Below, in pieces: positions 62,695 through 64,000 of a stretch of DNA of 64,000 bases. The stretch comes from a virus (lineage: Duplodnaviria; Heunggongvirae; Uroviricota; Caudoviricetes). The stretch is from IMG/VR virus record IMGVR_UViG_3300028653_000011. One strand, written 5' to 3'. Under the pieces are notes generated by a model. It made no database searches. It was not told the origin of the DNA and saw nothing but the letters and a program-made list of their open reading frames with translations. Position 1 is the first letter of the stretch; each line of letters opens with the position of its first letter. The translations under genes and the position numbers were made by a program.

Positions 62695-63463
62695 CCCAAT
62701 CCTGACCCTTGGTGAATGAACCGCGGTTCTCGATGCCCGTCTTGGTCAAGGCGACGACGAACGTTTTCCCGCTACAACCCCACCTGTTCTTGCTGACCTC
62801 GAACAACAGGCCCCCAAACGTCGGGCTCTTCTTGTTCTCGTCGTACGACAGGTGGGCATGGACGTCGATGGCGTGGCGGATGGTGTTCTTGCCCGCGAAT
62901 TCTCCACCCTTGGTACATTGTCCCACGAAGATGCAGAAGGCGAAGTTCTGCTGGCACCAGGCGACCAACATCTCAGTGCAGCGCACCGGGGTGTTGCCCG
63001 TCGTCCCACCGTCCTTGTACTTCATGTCGTTCAACGTCTGCAGTGAATCTTGCAGTAGGACGATGACCTTGCCCGGGTTGGCCTTCTTGACGCCGTCGAG
63101 GAACTTCAACAGCTTAGGCAGGTTAGTCTCCTCGGCGACCATGAAGTCGTGCTTCAACTGCAACCGTTCAACGGCCAGCTTGGCCTGAAACAGGCTCTCT
63201 TCGCCCGTGTTGTAGACGACGATGTGACCCGCACCCGTCAGCGTCGACGCCAACTGGCGCACCAGCGTTGACTTGCCGGTGCCCGGGCCACCCGTCAGCA
63301 TCAGCGTCGTCGTCGCGGTGAAGCCACCTTCGCCGCCCAACGCCTCGTCGATCCAATCGAGGCCCGTCGAGTGCTTGACCCGCAGTTCGGGTGGCACCGC
63401 GATGGTGCTGATCTTCGTCCCAGCCTTGAAACCACGCCCAACGTGCAGATTCATCTCGGCCAT
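62672..63463 (-). CDS. RecA-superfamily ATPase (RadA/Sms- or Sak4-like)
   Basis: GLDWIDEALGGEGGF ... LMLTGGPGTGKSTL (Walker A), with a Walker B-like hydrophobic stretch ending in D. Confidence 0.6.
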   Translation of the reverse strand: MAEMNLHVGRGFKAGTKISTIAVPPELRVKHSTGLDWIDEALGGEGGFTATTTLMLTGGPGTGKSTLVRQLASTLTGAGHIVVYNTGEESLFQAKLAVERLQLKHDFMVAEETNLPKLLKFLDGVKKANPGKVIVLLQDSLQTLNDMKYKDGGTTGNTPVRCTEMLVAWCQQNFAFCIFVGQCTKGGEFAGKNTIRHAIDVHAHLSYDENKKSPTFGGLLFEVSKNRWGCSGKTFVVALTKTGIENRGSFTKGQDWVAPDDAE

Positions 63464-63487
63464 TGTCTCGGCATCTCCGTCGGTTGA

Positions 63488-63523
63488 GATCTAACTCTAC
63501 CAGGTTCGTGGTGGAACTTGCAC
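63488..63523 (-). promoter_or_regulatory. bipartite promoter-like element, copy 3
   Basis: Minus strand GTGCAAG ttccaccacgaacctgg TAGAGTTAGATC, 24 nt upstream of the RecA-like ATG. Confidence 0.4.
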
Positions 63524-63525
63524 TA

Positions 63526-63639
63526 TCACCGAGCCAGGATGAACATGCCCAGTGCGACCCACGAGGCGCCACAGACGACGAGGGCAGCGCTCCAGAACAT
63601 CACCATCTCGGCCCGACTTGCCTTTGCTTCCTTCATCAT
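63526..63639 (-). CDS. 37-aa TM micro-protein
   Basis: MMKEAKASRAEMVMFWSAALVVCGASWVALGMFILAR. Its ATG abuts promoter-element copy 4. Confidence 0.3.
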   Translation of the reverse strand: MMKEAKASRAEMVMFWSAALVVCGASWVALGMFILAR

Positions 63640-63675
63640 GATCTAATCCTACCACGGTCGCCGGCGAACTTGCAC
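63640..63675 (-). promoter_or_regulatory. bipartite promoter-like element, copy 4, with upstream palindrome
   Basis: Minus strand GTGCAAG ttcgccggcgaccgtgg TAGGATTAGATC. Palindrome GAATTATAC-CCCGGG-TGTAATCC at 63683-63705. Confidence 0.4.
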
Positions 63676-63849
63676 TGTCCCCGAATTATACCCCGGGTGT
63701 AATCCTAGCCTGCCTGTCCCGGGACACCCCCGGACCCACCCAGGTGCGGCCCGACGGCCCACAGGACGGCCCAGGTCACCTTGCCACGGGCGGGAGGCAG
63801 TTCCACCCCTTCGATTATTGTGGGTGCCCGGTGACAAGGCACGTGGACG

Positions 63850-63885
63850 GTGTAAGTCCCCGGTGAATCGTGGTAGAGTTAGATC
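63850..63885 (+). promoter_or_regulatory. bipartite promoter-like element, copy 5, plus orientation (strand switch)
   Basis: Plus strand GTGTAAG tccccggtgaatcgtgg TAGAGTTAGATC, immediately followed by ATG 63886. Near-identical inverted copy of the 57445-57480 element. Confidence 0.45.
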
Positions 63886-64000
63886 ATGGTAGCAAATAGG
63901 TCTCGCCTCAACGTGCCCATCCACAGTGCTCGCAAGTTCAGGTGGAGCAACGATTTCACCGGCAGTGCCGAGGTGTCTGACTTCAGCCGAACAATCAGCT
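63886..64000 (+). CDS. 5' end of a plus-strand CDS running off the window
   Basis: ATG at 63886 directly after the promoter-like element. Open to the window end (MVANRSRLNVPIHSARKFRW...). Confidence 0.3.
   Translation, partial: MVANRSRLNVPIHSARKFRWSNDFTGSAEVSDFSRTIS

Noticed and set aside
1-64000. Interpretation as a prophage or island inside a bacterial chromosome, or as a pandoravirus-like giant virus of amoebae
   Set aside because: I found no bacterial housekeeping genes or integration features in 64 kb. Gene organisation is prokaryotic (ATGA-coupled polycistronic runs, SD-like sites, lipobox lipoproteins) rather than eukaryote-virus-like, so a large phage is the most economical reading. 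This cannot be settled without the rest of the contig.

Overview
This 64-kb window is GC-rich (roughly 55-60% by eye) and extremely gene-dense. I count about 150 mostly short ORFs, arranged in long co-directional runs with very frequent ATGA/GTGA start-stop overlaps. I found no rRNA, tRNA or CRISPR array. The content fits a large dsDNA virus far better than a cellular chromosome, most plausibly a jumbo or 'huge' bacteriophage of a Gram-negative host. Phage hallmark genes are present: a T4-type GH24 lysozyme, a T4 RNase H / T5 D15-type 5'-3' exonuclease, a free-standing GIY-YIG homing endonuclease sitting in an AT-rich island, and a RecA-superfamily ATPase. Among many ORFans sit auxiliary and takeover genes: a glyoxylate-shunt pair (malate synthase + isocitrate lyase), GroEL without GroES, bacterial-type IF-1, methionine aminopeptidase, two NUDIX hydrolases beside an NMNAT-like nucleotidyltransferase, a nitrilase-superfamily hydrolase and an ApaH-like phosphatase. 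The same set includes a UDP-sugar-pyrophosphorylase-like protein, Nei-type and MBD4-like DNA glycosylases, a TANGO2/NRDE protein, a C1 papain-like peptidase, an S1 protease, and SPFH, vWA and AAA+ proteins. Three things the annotation does not explain stand out. First, a very large lineage-specific expansion (at least 35 copies) of an ~80-110 aa 'PGD-hydrophobic' protein family, concentrated in two ATGA-coupled minus-strand arrays at 52.6-55.2 kb and 58.7-62.7 kb plus smaller clusters. Second, a shared N-terminal leader (M-K/R-T-x-L-x-K/R-L-K/R-x-Φ-I-x-E-A) on at least 13 otherwise unrelated proteins, which resembles the T4 capsid-targeting sequence and its prohead-protease cleavage site. Third, a conserved bipartite promoter-like element (GTGYAAG-N17-TAGAGTTAGATC) that recurs in both orientations around a divergent control hub at 57.2-57.9 kb and at the strand switch near 63.85 kb.
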